Source of the DNA: Raillietiella orientalis
Taxonomy: Eukaryota
Assembly: GCA_036172245.1 (NCBI GenBank)
Contig: JAYWIR010000036.1
Coordinates: 62,001 to 126,000 of the forward strand
DNA: 64,000 nucleotides
Reading direction: 5' to 3'
Shown: piece by piece, positions 36,961-49,400 of the stretch
Position numbering within the stretch: the stretch's first letter is position 1
Layout: every line of letters begins with the position of its first letter
Translations under genes and position numbers: made by a program
The notes under the pieces: generated by a model
The model's input: the letters and a program-made list of their open reading frames with translations, nothing else
The model's database searches: none
What the model was told of the DNA's origin: nothing

Positions 36961-38699
36961 CGTTGCTTCGTAAAGAGCGATCGTAAAGCCGCCATCATTC
37001 CAAGTGCACGAGGATCTGAAGAAACTGCGCTGAGCAGTTTCTGAAAGCACGAAAGGGAGGAAAAATGGATCTGAATCCTTCCTCACTGGTGAACAGGAAA
37101 AACAACACAACGACTGTGCAAAAAGGGAGCATTAGTGCACTCGAATGGAATCGAGCTAGAAAGAGGAGCAGCCAGAACAAGCAGTGTGGAAAGCCTCTGC
37201 AATATTGAACAATATCTTTGATAAATGTGGAAGAAGTCACAGTCATAGAAGTGACAGAAGACGTCGCACAGATGAAAGAGCATGCTTGAAAGCAGAATGG
37301 GGCGTGAAAGGAGCATGTGGTTGGCTGTTCGTTTCGTGGTCAATCATTTGAAAAATTGCAAAGTTGGTTTTTCGAGGTGAACGTGCACAAAAGGGGGGGG
37401 GGGAGTTAATATTTCTGCATTCGGCTGTGTTCGGTCAACTCGACATCTATCCCATATACGATCAGGTGATGACGGACTTCCTGATTGCATGAAATACGTG
37501 ACAGAATCTCCAAATGATTGGGCGGGTTTAATAATTCACGATGAAAGTCTTGCTTTAATGCTACCTTTCTTTTTTTGTTTTTTAAATTACTACACTGCCT
37601 GAAGCTTAATCATGACATTGTGGGAACTGTTTATATGAAACGTGTGTGCCATGGATAGAAGGAAAAGAATATGGAGAATTAACGAGGCACTGTGTTCACG
37701 AAACAGTCAGTGCAGTCGCATGGCTGAAAACGGAAAACTGCCAACTCGGCCGATGGAACATTTGCACAACTGTGAGGAGAGGAATATCCGACTAATAGGG
37801 TCATCACTGAGCTTAACCAAGAAATGAAGACTTACTGAGTGCTTTTAACGATGTGTCGAGTGTTGGTGTGCCGCTGACTTTTTTCCACCATTGGCGGTTG
37901 AGAATCGCCCACGAGATGCAGACGAATCTTTTCGTAGGAAAAAAAGAAGTGATTTTGCTCCGACATCAGGAAAGAAATGTTCTTTCCGGAGGCTGGCGTC
38001 TCCAGCTACCTGAATTTTATATTAACAACCAATGCGGATTTTTTGGAGCATCACTGTTGTGCAACGTACATGAGCGTACCAAATGATACCAAAACCTCCC
38101 ATGTGAGTCTACTGGATGCTCACAGTAACCGAACTTTGCTCCAAAGCATTCCAAGTGAAATGCATGATGTTCTGGGGAATGTATTTTTTTTTATATTACA
38201 GTTATCCTCACGATTTTATGAAAACCGATCTTGCAAAAAAAAAAGGACTAAATAAATTTCTGCTACCTTTAACTGTACCTAAATTAACACGGGACGATAG
38301 GAAAAGCTCTCCAGAGGTTTTTTTTCTTGAAGCATAGGACAGAGAGAGCTGATAAAGGATAGCCACGATACAATTAATTAGGGATACTGATAATGCATAT
38401 TAACGAAAAGCAATAAAGCTTGCTGGTAACGTCCGAAGCCGCTGTTGAGGAAGTCTCGGCTTCTTTCTCATCCGTCCTTTTAATGAGCAAGAAATGCACA
38501 TTTCGTGACCTTAGATCAGTAGGACTTTGTTCTGACGAGACACCTCTTAATTGCGCGTCTGAAGAAACAAGATCAGTGGCTCTCAAACTCTGGGACGATT
38601 TGGAGGCTCAAAATAATGCTCAGAGTCGGGCAACTCCAAGGACGTTCCCCTCCTTCCTAATACGATGGGCGAGGGTTGTACTTTCTAATTTTGGACCAG

Positions 38700-41600
38700 T
38701 ATTCTATTAAATATTATCAAGCTCTGCGCTAATTTGTGGGAACACTGACTTCAGGAGTTTTGAAAAAAAGGATGGTGAGCTTGAGTTTGAGAATCTTCAG
38801 CTCTTGAAACGTTTCTACAGAAGAAACGCCGATTTTAGATACATGAAAGAGATTATTCCTTCTGTAGGCGGCCCTCCACCTACACAGACAGTCCCACGAT
38901 CGTGGACGAACCTGGCAGAGAACAACAACCTACCTAACTGGTGGTCACATCTCCAGAGCAATCCTCGGACAGCACCGCTGCACACTACACCTACCTGACC
39001 CCGAAGCTCTCAACCCAGAAACAAGTCGTCTAAGTACACTTCTAGTGTGGAGAGATCATGGAAGGAAAACTGCTGAATGGGGTTCTTCTCCGGCCTGGCG
39101 GATGTGTAAATCTGGCAGTGGGACCACAGATTCATGGAGAACTCTTCTGGAAAGGTTGCTTGCACTTCGGCCATCGTGCACGGAGCAGTGCAGAAAGTTC
39201 GATCAGCAAGGTCACCTGTCTTGCCTGCCAGAGACGCTATAGTCATGCGAGGCGTGAATGCTGCAAGCACAAGAAATGACCAGCTCTACGATGCAGATCA
39301 GTTCAACCGGAGCAAGATGGCACCAACAAGCTAAGACCAGGATTCCTGCAAAAGACACCTGAAAAAAGACCTGGTCAAAGACTACGAAGGAGTTCAGAGG
39401 ACAGTTGCCATAGGGGGTGTACATTCCGAATGAATCAGACTAATAGACTTTCTTGGCTTTGCTTCTAAATATTCCCACGTTGGACGAGACAGATGAGTTG
39501 CCTCTTCTTCACCTGGTTGGTGCATCCGCAGATGCTTCGGGACGTTATACTGAAGCATTTTGTGAACGACAGGTACAGGGCCACGGTTGTCTACTTGGGC
39601 CGCCATTTCTGAGTTGTCTTCGGGTTACGTTAATTCAACGACAAGAGAAGAGACAGAGGGACAAGGAAGGCATGTCAATCCAGGCAAGAGGATCCCTCTA
39701 TTACGAAAGGAAGTCAGTTGTACCTTCTCCGGATTAGATATCCCTCGGGGAAAATAAACCCATGGTGGGTCCTTAATGTGTCAGTGACATTTCCAACGAA
39801 GACCAGTTGGCTTCCAGCGCTGTTTTGAGAGCACTCACTCCAGCCGACTTGCAGGCCTGCAACTATGCAGAACCACCCGAAGAACAGCTCGATTGTGGTT
39901 GAGGATTGCTCGAGGGAGAGGCAAGTCTGAATGAAGCGAGTTCTGTGTAGGTCCTCGCACCAGACTGGTCACGACAAAATAAAGGCTAGAGAATGCCGGT
40001 TGATCAGTGGTTTGAAGGAAATGCGCATTATCGAATTGAAGCTGTTCCGCTGCCTTGATCCTCCTCCTCGCTTTCGTGGTTGGTGTGCGCATGCCGTTGA
40101 AAAAGACAGAGACTGCCACAGCCGAGCGCAGGTGTGTCTGAAGACGGACTGATCGAGATAAGTCATTCCGGCACCCTGAGAAGGAGCTCCTCGAAAGCCT
40201 TTCTCAGGGAGAGTGCGAAAGACCAGATCCCCGTTCTCTTGTGGCAAACTGAGCGAAGCCCCTGCGCAGTTTGCGCTACTCTTGGGAACGAACGGCAATC
40301 GCGTTCTCTTTTCGTAGCCCAAATCACGTGTGAGTGTAGGGCAGGTGGGCAACCACTGTTCAACCGGGTCGTTTATTCTGCTCTGCCTATGATCTCTTCC
40401 GATTGAGCTGTTCGTGTGTTCCACACCTTGGACAGCAACTTTATATCGCGTTCACGAGAGTGATAGGGCACTACCCAAGCAACGCGTTTTGGGTAGGAGT
40501 TGCATGCGGCTGATCTGAAGGCCCGCGTCTGTGTTAACACTGCTAATGAACGAATCAGTGGTGCCAGTTCTGCAGCAAAGGGGTGATGGAGCTCTGCAGG
40601 CATAGTACCTGCACCAGGTGCAGCTCTGGTGCCGCGCCGCACGGTAGCGGAGACGATTTGGCTTACGGCGAAGGGCTCACGAAGCCAGATGGAGGTGTCC
40701 TCCAACAGCTGTACCGTGATGACCCCGAGGAGCAGAGTAGGTAAGCCACAGCTTGCCACTGAAAGTCATATTGGCGTCCTATGTGGTGAGGCATTGTTTC
40801 GGAGGTGTGTATTGCTGTCCATTGGGGCTACGTGGATCTGTCGCTCCACATGAGCCGTGTACTCCGCCTTGCACCTGATGCCAGACAGAGATATGCGTCC
40901 CTAGATAAAAAGTTCTCTGAAATCCCGTCCTTCGAAAGTGTCTGACAGAAGGAAATGTAGAGCATACCATTCACAGAAGAGAATCTTCGAAGGGATCTCA
41001 GTCTCTTACTATATGAATGGATCAGCCTAGGAAACACCTGCACCGTAGGGCATGATCTCTGTCCTTACTGTGCTCCTCAAGGACTGCCTCAAGTTGAAGT
41101 TTCGCAATTTTATACTGGATTCCACTGAGGTAGATCACGTACGAGTGATCTGCCGTCGAGAAGGGTAGGCTTTAAAAGCTTTAAAAGTCAAGGTGTGTGT
41201 AGCCGGCACCGAGTATGCTCTGCATCTTCGCAGGAGAGCCTCCAGGACCTACTTCCACGCTAGGTAGGCCTAAGGAAGAGGTGTCTCGACACTTCTGAAC
41301 TCACTGAAGCTCACTAATAACATTCTTTGCACCCATTTTGCCTACACAATAGAGGGATACTGGTCTGTAGCTATTCGCTATGCACGACTCTAGAGGTGCA
41401 CCTTGGGTGACTGCGGTAGCAGCCACATCGCTTAACTTGGGTACCGCATGAGCGGTCTACGGTTGACAATTTTCTTCCAATGGCTTCTTTTCTTAGAGGC
41501 GCTCTTATGGGAACTACACTACACTTATCAAGCACAAAAGTACATTAATCACTCCTCCGTACTGGGGGAGGTGGTCTACTAAGGACAGTTCGAAGATCCG

Positions 41601-43235
41601 GGAGGTGGATACCTCTGAGTCCGTTGACCTCGCCAAAGTTCAGAGGTCCACAGCACTAAAGAATCAATTGACTGAAACATGGGAATCTTGTCGGCAGAAG
41701 TGACAATGCATACGTCCTTCCTGTCTGATGGTTGGCAGAGATCTGGCTTAACAAGATAAGAGCAGCCATGATCTGGCATAGCTGATGAGTCGTATCAGAC
41801 TATGAGTATCAAGAGAACTGGTTTCTATTTATCTCCGAGCTAACGGACTGTGCACTAGGATTAACAATCGACTCTGACAGGTAGAAGCTGGAATCACTAT
41901 CCAGGAGGTCACTGCCCTAATCTCCAACGGATTTAAGGTAGTCAACAACTTCAAGTGTCTGGGAGTACATGTTGACGACACTCGGCAGTAAGCTGAATTC
42001 CTACGGAAGATCAAAAAAGGAAACAAGTACAGCAAATTGTACTTCACTGATGAAGACGGCCAGCGTTTGGAACATTGTTCCAACATTTGGCCCTCTTTTG
42101 GAAACATTTGGAACAATCTCCTGTTCAGGGCGGCTTCTTAGACCACGTTCGACAAGGTGACAACCAAACTGATGAATGTCCAGAACATTTCTGAGATGAA
42201 AAACCACATATAAAATTGAAATTCGTGCCGTCTACGAGTGCAAGACGCAATTAGAAGGCGAGACCTCGCATACACCACCAAGCTTTAGGACCTGCGAGAA
42301 CTTACGATAGATACCACTGGCTGGTACGAACAGCAATACGTTCTACCGAGCTTACTCAAGTTTCATCAATTTAACAGATGGCGTGATGATTGTGCTAACT
42401 AGAAAAAGAGCACAGTGGAACAGGGTGGACATCACGGAATGAGAACAGAACATTTTGTCTGTAATGCTTGACTTAAAGTCATTCCCAAATCTGGAATACT
42501 GCCATTCAGTCGTATTCATGGTAACAGAGAAGTGACTCCGAAGATGATCAGTTCTACCACCAGAGACTGAGAATAGTTTCCGCTAAGCGGAAACGTCCAA
42601 AAAATAAGAACCCCGATTGTAAAAGTACAGTGCATAAAAGGTCCTGATTCAGGGCTAGGTAACTACTAGTCACATGGTGGAATTTCTGAAAAGCCGTTTC
42701 ACGTATTCACTCGAGTTCGAATTCTTGCCCATGACGGAGAAGTGGTACAAGAGACTAGCCTCCAGGGACCCACGAAGCTGGAATTCATGAGGAAACTACC
42801 AGAACGGGATGCCCTGAAGAACAGCCCCGTGGCAGGGTGACCAAGCCCTCTCCATCCAGGACGTCCTCGTAAGGGGGATCCATCTCTACATGAGTGTACA
42901 CAGAGCAGCCTGGAAGATCTCAAGAAGATTGCTGAAGACTGGCAGCAGAGGCTAAGGTAAGGCCTGGACTTTTTATTGTATTCTGAAGTTCATGTAGTCC
43001 ACCAGAAAATCTGCAGCCAAACCTAGAACAAGTGGGAGGACTCTGAGTGTAAAAATCAGTGAAACACTGAACCCATGGCAAAGGGATTAATGCCTGTGAA
43101 TTAAACTTGTGTATTGTACCTTCCTGTTGACTTCGTTCTTTGTTTTAGTAATAAGCTACTCTATCACTTGTAGGAATGACGAAACACCTGCCATACAGAT
43201 GAATACATAGCTTTTGTTAAGAATAAACTGAAAAA
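38700..43235 (+). mobile_element. Near full-length but heavily decayed non-LTR retrotransposon (I/Jockey-like): ORF1 knuckles, endonuclease, RT
   Basis: ORF1 CCHC remnants WKGCLHFGHRARSS..VTCLACQRRYSHARREC (39145-39270); APE-like segment near 39600-39700; PFTEENL..GNT..GHD linker (40965-41080); FKCLGVHVDD (RT YLG motif, 41950); AATAAA at 43222. Boundaries approximate. Confidence 0.7.
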
Positions 43236-44445
43236 TTCGGTGAAGAATTTTTAGACGGAATCCTTCACGGGAACCATGGATGTTTCATCTAGTAGCGAAA
43301 AGTAGGATGATCCTCAAATCCAGATACTCTTGTTACATGAACACCAGTCGAAATTGAGATAACGTTCCGTACGTTTAGTACTTATACATCTACCAATAGC
43401 AGTGGATTTAAAGGCCCTTGCAAGCCCATCACCTCGGAACACAAGTTGTAACAAATCTCGTGCAGTCGATGGCGGTACTTCACTTGGGCCGTTGTTTCTT
43501 TGTGCAAATTGAATTTATGAAATACACATTCACGAGACCTTTAGAAGGATCCTCGAATGATATGGAATCCGATACTCGAGGCATTAACGGCCTCAAGTAT
43601 GCCACAGTCAGCATCTACCATGTAAGAATGAATGCACTATTTCACTCGTGAATCTTGGTTGAACCATGTTTGTTATGGCAATAACTTTTGATAATATCAA
43701 AAAAAAAAAAAATTGCATACTTTCTAGCACGTAAATAATCAGTCGCGATAGGGGATTTTTGTGTATGTACACATTTTCGCAAATCAAAATACTGAAGCAC
43801 GAACTCTGGGTAACATTTCCATTGAAAATCACATCCCACCAAAATGAAGTACACCTGACAAAATAACTTCTTGAATGCTTCGTTTTAAAACAAAAAAAAA
43901 CAAATCTGCGCATGTAACCATATTAACATCAGAAACAATATCCCCAGTATTGGGCAAATTTACAACACCACTAAATGTGCACAATCTACACATAAACTCA
44001 AAAAACTAAGCTTTAGACTAAGTGCTTTAGCAAGTTGCCAAGATTTATTACATTTGATTTTGATTTGTTGTTTCCACATTGTGGGGTACATATCAAACTG
44101 TGTTATTCATCAAATTATTTGAAAATATTATCACATTATTTACTTTTAGCAAACATTACTAATCTTCAGGTAAATATATTGTGCAATCAATCATGGCCAT
44201 TCTTTCTTGTCTCTGACTCAAATTTCACTGCAATCTGAAATGTCTCAAGCTGCATCTCACAATGTTCTCAGACTGACATGTACACAAGTGTTGATAGCTA
44301 CATTTTTTTGGATACCCAAAATGGGTACAACTCCCTTGCAAACAGCTGATTCATTATTTTGTGATGGCCAATTCGATCTTTACTATCAACAAAATCGTCT
44401 TTGTTATCATTCACCTTTGATTCTAATTATTACTGCACAACTCAT

Positions 44446-46433
44446 TCAATAATCAAATTTGAAATCAAAATAACTGGGATCAAAGTAATGGATGCGTACA
44501 TAGCCATCCTCCCCACCACTGCTGAAACTGCGTCCATCAGGATGGAACACACAGCTATTAATAGGTCCAAAATGACCTCTGACCCTTCCAAACTCTTCCT
44601 CAAATACGAGATGGAAGAACCTAGCTTCAAACTTGCCTTCTCGTGTGGATGTAGTGGTGACACTCATTGCCTCCTGGCCTCCTCCTAACACTACCTAGAA
44701 GAAAATCAGATCAAACATCATTACAGTACAGCAACTAACATGATCAAAAATAGGAGATATGGCAGCACTATTGACAGGGCGATCTGTCTTGAAAACTTTC
44801 AAGCATTCAAGAGAATCAATATCAAACAAGCGAGCAGTAGTGTCCTTAGAAGCTGTGATAAACATGGTGCCATCAGAGTTGTCTTGCATGTCAATGATAG
44901 ATCCAGAATGTTCTGAGACCATATGAATCTGTTTGCCTGTCTATAAGATGATAAATTTGAAGCATTGCACATCTCATTTACTCACTCTCATATCCCACTG
45001 CACCAGATCACCATTTTCATGCCCAGTTACAATGAATTCATCCTGAGGGCCCCAGATCAAAGATGTTACACGTAAACCCTGCTTTACTGACATGGTGATC
45101 ACCGGCTGATTACTTCCTAAGAACCCAAGGTGATATTTTGTTGTATTTTCAATCAAAGTTACCAACTGATGCTGCATCCCTGACATCCAGAAGCACAATT
45201 TCACAAGGATTACCCATCAGGGAATCAGTTGTGTAAACAGCCTGATTGCCGCTGTAGCTAAAGGCACATGCCCTTACTGAAGATTTTGTGTCAACTTTGC
45301 CTAATTGTTTGCCTGCCACACATGTATACATATGGAACTGTGTCAAAAAGAATCTATTCACCTGTTTCACAATCCCAGATGCGGAGGGAGCTATCACCTG
45401 CACCTGTAAGAAGATGCAGTGTTTGCCAATCAACATCCAATGTCCACACTGCTCCTGCATGTCCTTCAAATGTGCCTAAACGTTCTCCATTGTGGGAGAA
45501 CCACACATTTGGGGAATGATCTTTGGCAGCACTAAACAGAAGATCACCCTCACGGTTATACTTAATTTGCGTAATGGATCTTTCATGCCCTTGAAGTAAA
45601 AGTGGTCTCTATAAAAAATTAATTTTATTATCATATGCAAATATCCAAATGAATGACAATAAATGCACCATATACAAGATAACCGTTTTCTCTATTTGCA
45701 AAACTATGGAAACTGTGTACCCACACATTACATTTTCAACTATGTACTATTGTCCCTTATGACACTTTTCTCTCAAAACAAAAGCTAGTATACATGCAAC
45801 CAGCAACCCAATTTGACTAACACTGCCATTTAAAAATAATGAAGAATTTAACAGGGAGAAAAAAATTATCCTTAATTCACATTAAACCAAATGGGCTGCG
45901 AACTCCGAATGAGCAGGCTGAATTTCTTATAAAAACAATTATGACATGTTCAGCCTCTCAAGCAAATTACTTAATGGAGTACTTCATCTATCAAATAAAT
46001 CACCAAAAATGGCCGGCAATACTGTTAACTTAAAAGGTTATACCCCTACTATATAATAAAGTCAAGTAATAAACCTTAAAATATCAACTGTTCAGGCGGA
46101 CCTGCAATGCACGGTTCCTAGAACTCGAATTTATCCCTAAACTTCACTCTGGGAAGTACTTCTCTTAAAAACCTATTGATAGACTACTGATATAACTTCA
46201 ATCTGGAATTTGTGCAAATACGGATTATTGGTTGCATGGTTGGTTGCATGCAGTTTCTATAAACTGCTTCCAAAATGAAAGCCAAAAGTATATCCAGGAC
46301 GGCATTAGTGAATTACACTTGTGCATGTGGTCGGTTAAATTAGACTTCTGTGAATAACATGAATAACCAAAATGATAGCTGCAGTCTTACATTTTAAGAC
46401 AAATATCAATGAAACATTAAGAAAACTCACCAT
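44446..46433 (-). CDS. EIF3I: Eukaryotic translation initiation factor 3 subunit I (WD40)
   Basis: Exons 46433-46431 (ATG|gtgagt), 45608-45362 ([30 protein letters not shown]), 45312-45163, 45116-44986, 44940-44740, 44694-44446 ([37 protein letters not shown]); all phases compatible. Confidence 0.97.
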
Positions 46434-49400
46434 TTTGCAATTTTCGTTTCCACCACTACGTGCACATGGACACTTCGCTATGCCAGCACAAATTCCGAAA
46501 TATTGACACACTTGAACATACCAAATGTGAAATGACATATAGATGTAAGCAACATAAATATGTATTTTTATGTATCTTTGCACATGCGGTGCTCCTCTCC
46601 ATTTTTAAAATTAAATACTAAATCAATTACGTATGTGTTATTTCATATGCTTTGAACGTTGTTTTTCAATACCGGTTAAAAATATTTGGGAAACAAAAAT
46701 TATAGGATGGTTCTCCATCCAAAATCGCTTTATAATTTCATAATGCTTATAAATATTCCAAATCAAAATATATCAAATAACTTAAGATAAAAAGCGAACA
46801 AAATTATAAAGGTGTTCAGAGGAAAGATAAAGAATTGTAAGAATAAAATGAGAATACTAAAGCAATTAGATTGCACTTCTTCCTCGCTAAAAACTTATTT
46901 TAACTATAAGTGAATCGTTTTAATCTACAATAAATGAGAAACCATTTTCATCTTTTCTAATAAGTCAAAATGTGTAAAGAATTTCAATGCTGATAAAAAA
47001 TATGGAAAAAGTCTAACAATCTTCTTAACAGGCGTGATAGCGATAGCTCGCGAATTCAACACCAAGCCTCTTTTTCTTTCTTTTCAAGATTTAAGATAAG
47101 AGCTTTAAATGTTTATGGACGCAAAAAGGATGATGCACCTTACTAAAAGAAAACCTACGAAATGGGAACTGTGGAGTGGCATATGCAAAATCTGCTTTTC
47201 ATGAAATGAAAATGAAAACTGTCTTTGGAAGATGCACACCAACAGAATCATAGCTGCTCTTCAGGCAGCATTATAATCCAGAAAATCCCTTTTGATATTG
47301 GTTTCTGCAGTTTTAAGACGGACGATAATTCCTGAAAACGGTTTTGCATCATTCCAGGTTATGTGAATCGACAAATTACTACGTGAATTCTTTGTTTCTA
47401 GTTCCATGTGTTTTTTTGTTCTTACTCAGATCGGAATTGCTGGTCGAAATACAACAGCAAAAATTGCCCAGTAACTTTTAAATAGTGTTTTTATTTCAGA
47501 ATTTCTACTTGAACTACTTAATTTGACCAAACGATAACATTGGAACATGAATAATACATGGAACACGGCTCCTAAAGAGCGTATAAGATTGCCCTTTGCT
47601 TTACTTTTTGTTTTCTGAAGTTGGTTGTAAGGAATGTTACAAATATTGTCATTAATATCATTTAAAATAGAGGAGACTCATGAGACTATTTTATACTGGT
47701 CTGCATCACAGTAGTCAATCTCGGCAAAGGTTTTGTTTCTGTCTCAAGCCCTCTCCCTCCTCCCTAAAAAGAACACACGCACACACACATAATATTAAAA
47801 CATTTCTTTTTTTCCAAAGTCTCCTGCTCCTCATTATGGTATTTAGGATAAAAAGGCAAAATATTGCATAATTGATATCAACGAAGGCTATCTTTTATTT
47901 CAGTAGCATCAAAGTGATTCGCGAAAATGACTCAGAAATTAAAAGACATGAAAAAGAAAAAAGAAAGAAGAAGGCGGCGTTTCATCGCTTCCTTTGTTGC
48001 TTTTTCTGAAAAATTGTGGCATTGGATGCATGTATCTTTGGGAACTCCTCAGTTCCTGACATAACCCAAAGATTTACTAATCCATTCCGTGACTCTCCCG
48101 AGTAATGAGCCAAACGTGAGTACTCGAGAAAGAAAGCTGAATGAATAGCAGACGGAAAGAAAATCTGTAGATAGTTCATCACAAATACATAAGCAACCAT
48201 AAAAGAAAAGCACAAATCCCACTCTGCGACGCACCTCATTCAAATCGAGATGAACAAACAAAATCCTGCTGTATAATGCAACAAAAATGGTGCCTGGGGC
48301 TGTCTGAAATTCTTAATAGACAACAATCGTTATAAAAGACAAGCACTTTAACAGGAAAACTAGAATGCACTGGAGAAAAGAATGATGGGAAGAATATTAG
48401 CGGAGTGAAACTGAAGAATCTTTATCATGAGCATGCAGTAGCTTCTGAAAACCCATGTCGTGTGGAGATGATCTGCTCCTGATGAGGGGAAAAAAAAAAA
48501 ATATATCCGAGTTCCAAATAATAACAGTGAAATTTGGCCTTACGAATAAGAGAGAGAGAAGGTCCATTGGACACCCTCTCCTGTGAATGGATGACTCGAC
48601 AGGCTGTTTGCACCCTGGAAAACAGAAAATGCAGAAGGGATTCTCTCCTTTGTGTAAAATTTCATGATGTTCCCGCCAACCGGAAAGCGACCATGGACTG
48701 CCTAGAGTGAAAGATTCCTCCCACTCACTGGAAGCTAAGCCCTTCAAAATCTCGAGTTACTCCGCACATCTGTTTCTTGCCTGGACCTGACTTCAGAATC
48801 GACCTGGCACGATAAAGCGACTGTTCTCTCTTTTTCTTGGATATTCTTTTCGAGTTCCTGCTATTCAAGAAGTGCAGTCCAACAGCACCTTTTTCCCATC
48901 TGCATTCTTCCACCCCCAAGTGTATATTTGGTTTCCTTTTGTCATCACCACCGTTCCTGTGCCCATCTACCTCTCATTCTTTCAAGTGTTCTTCCTTGTG
49001 CCTCACGAAGGTCTTCCTGGCTACATTGAAACCACAGATGCTAGAAAAAACTTGATGCTCAAACCATGCAGTCGGTATTTCAATGTAGCCAAAAATCAGA
49101 CAAGTCAAAAGAAAACTTCTTTTAAAATGTAACTGCTTGTAAGGAAAACATTAGAATTGATGAGAATGATTTTCTGAGAACACAGTTAAGGATGGGAAAA
49201 TGAGTAAGCAGGTGCATGACTGAGGAAAGTTCAGTTTGTTCACGTTCTGAAAGTGTAATAATTATCAGTTAGCAAGAAAACAGAGTAGTTGAGCTGCTGT
49301 GTTTGCTCAGTTGAACTGTCAAAACATACATTGATGGAAGTATAGTATGGATACATTGTGAGGAATGTTAGGATCTTTTTATGATGACATGGTTGTTGAT

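Noticed and set aside
42700..42735. tRNA/B-box-like gagttcgaatt
   Set aside because: No cloverleaf or A box; lies within the decayed LINE.
43260..43620. Exon-like minus-strand segments downstream of eIF3I
   Set aside because: Splice sites weak and peptides unrecognisable; no coherent model.
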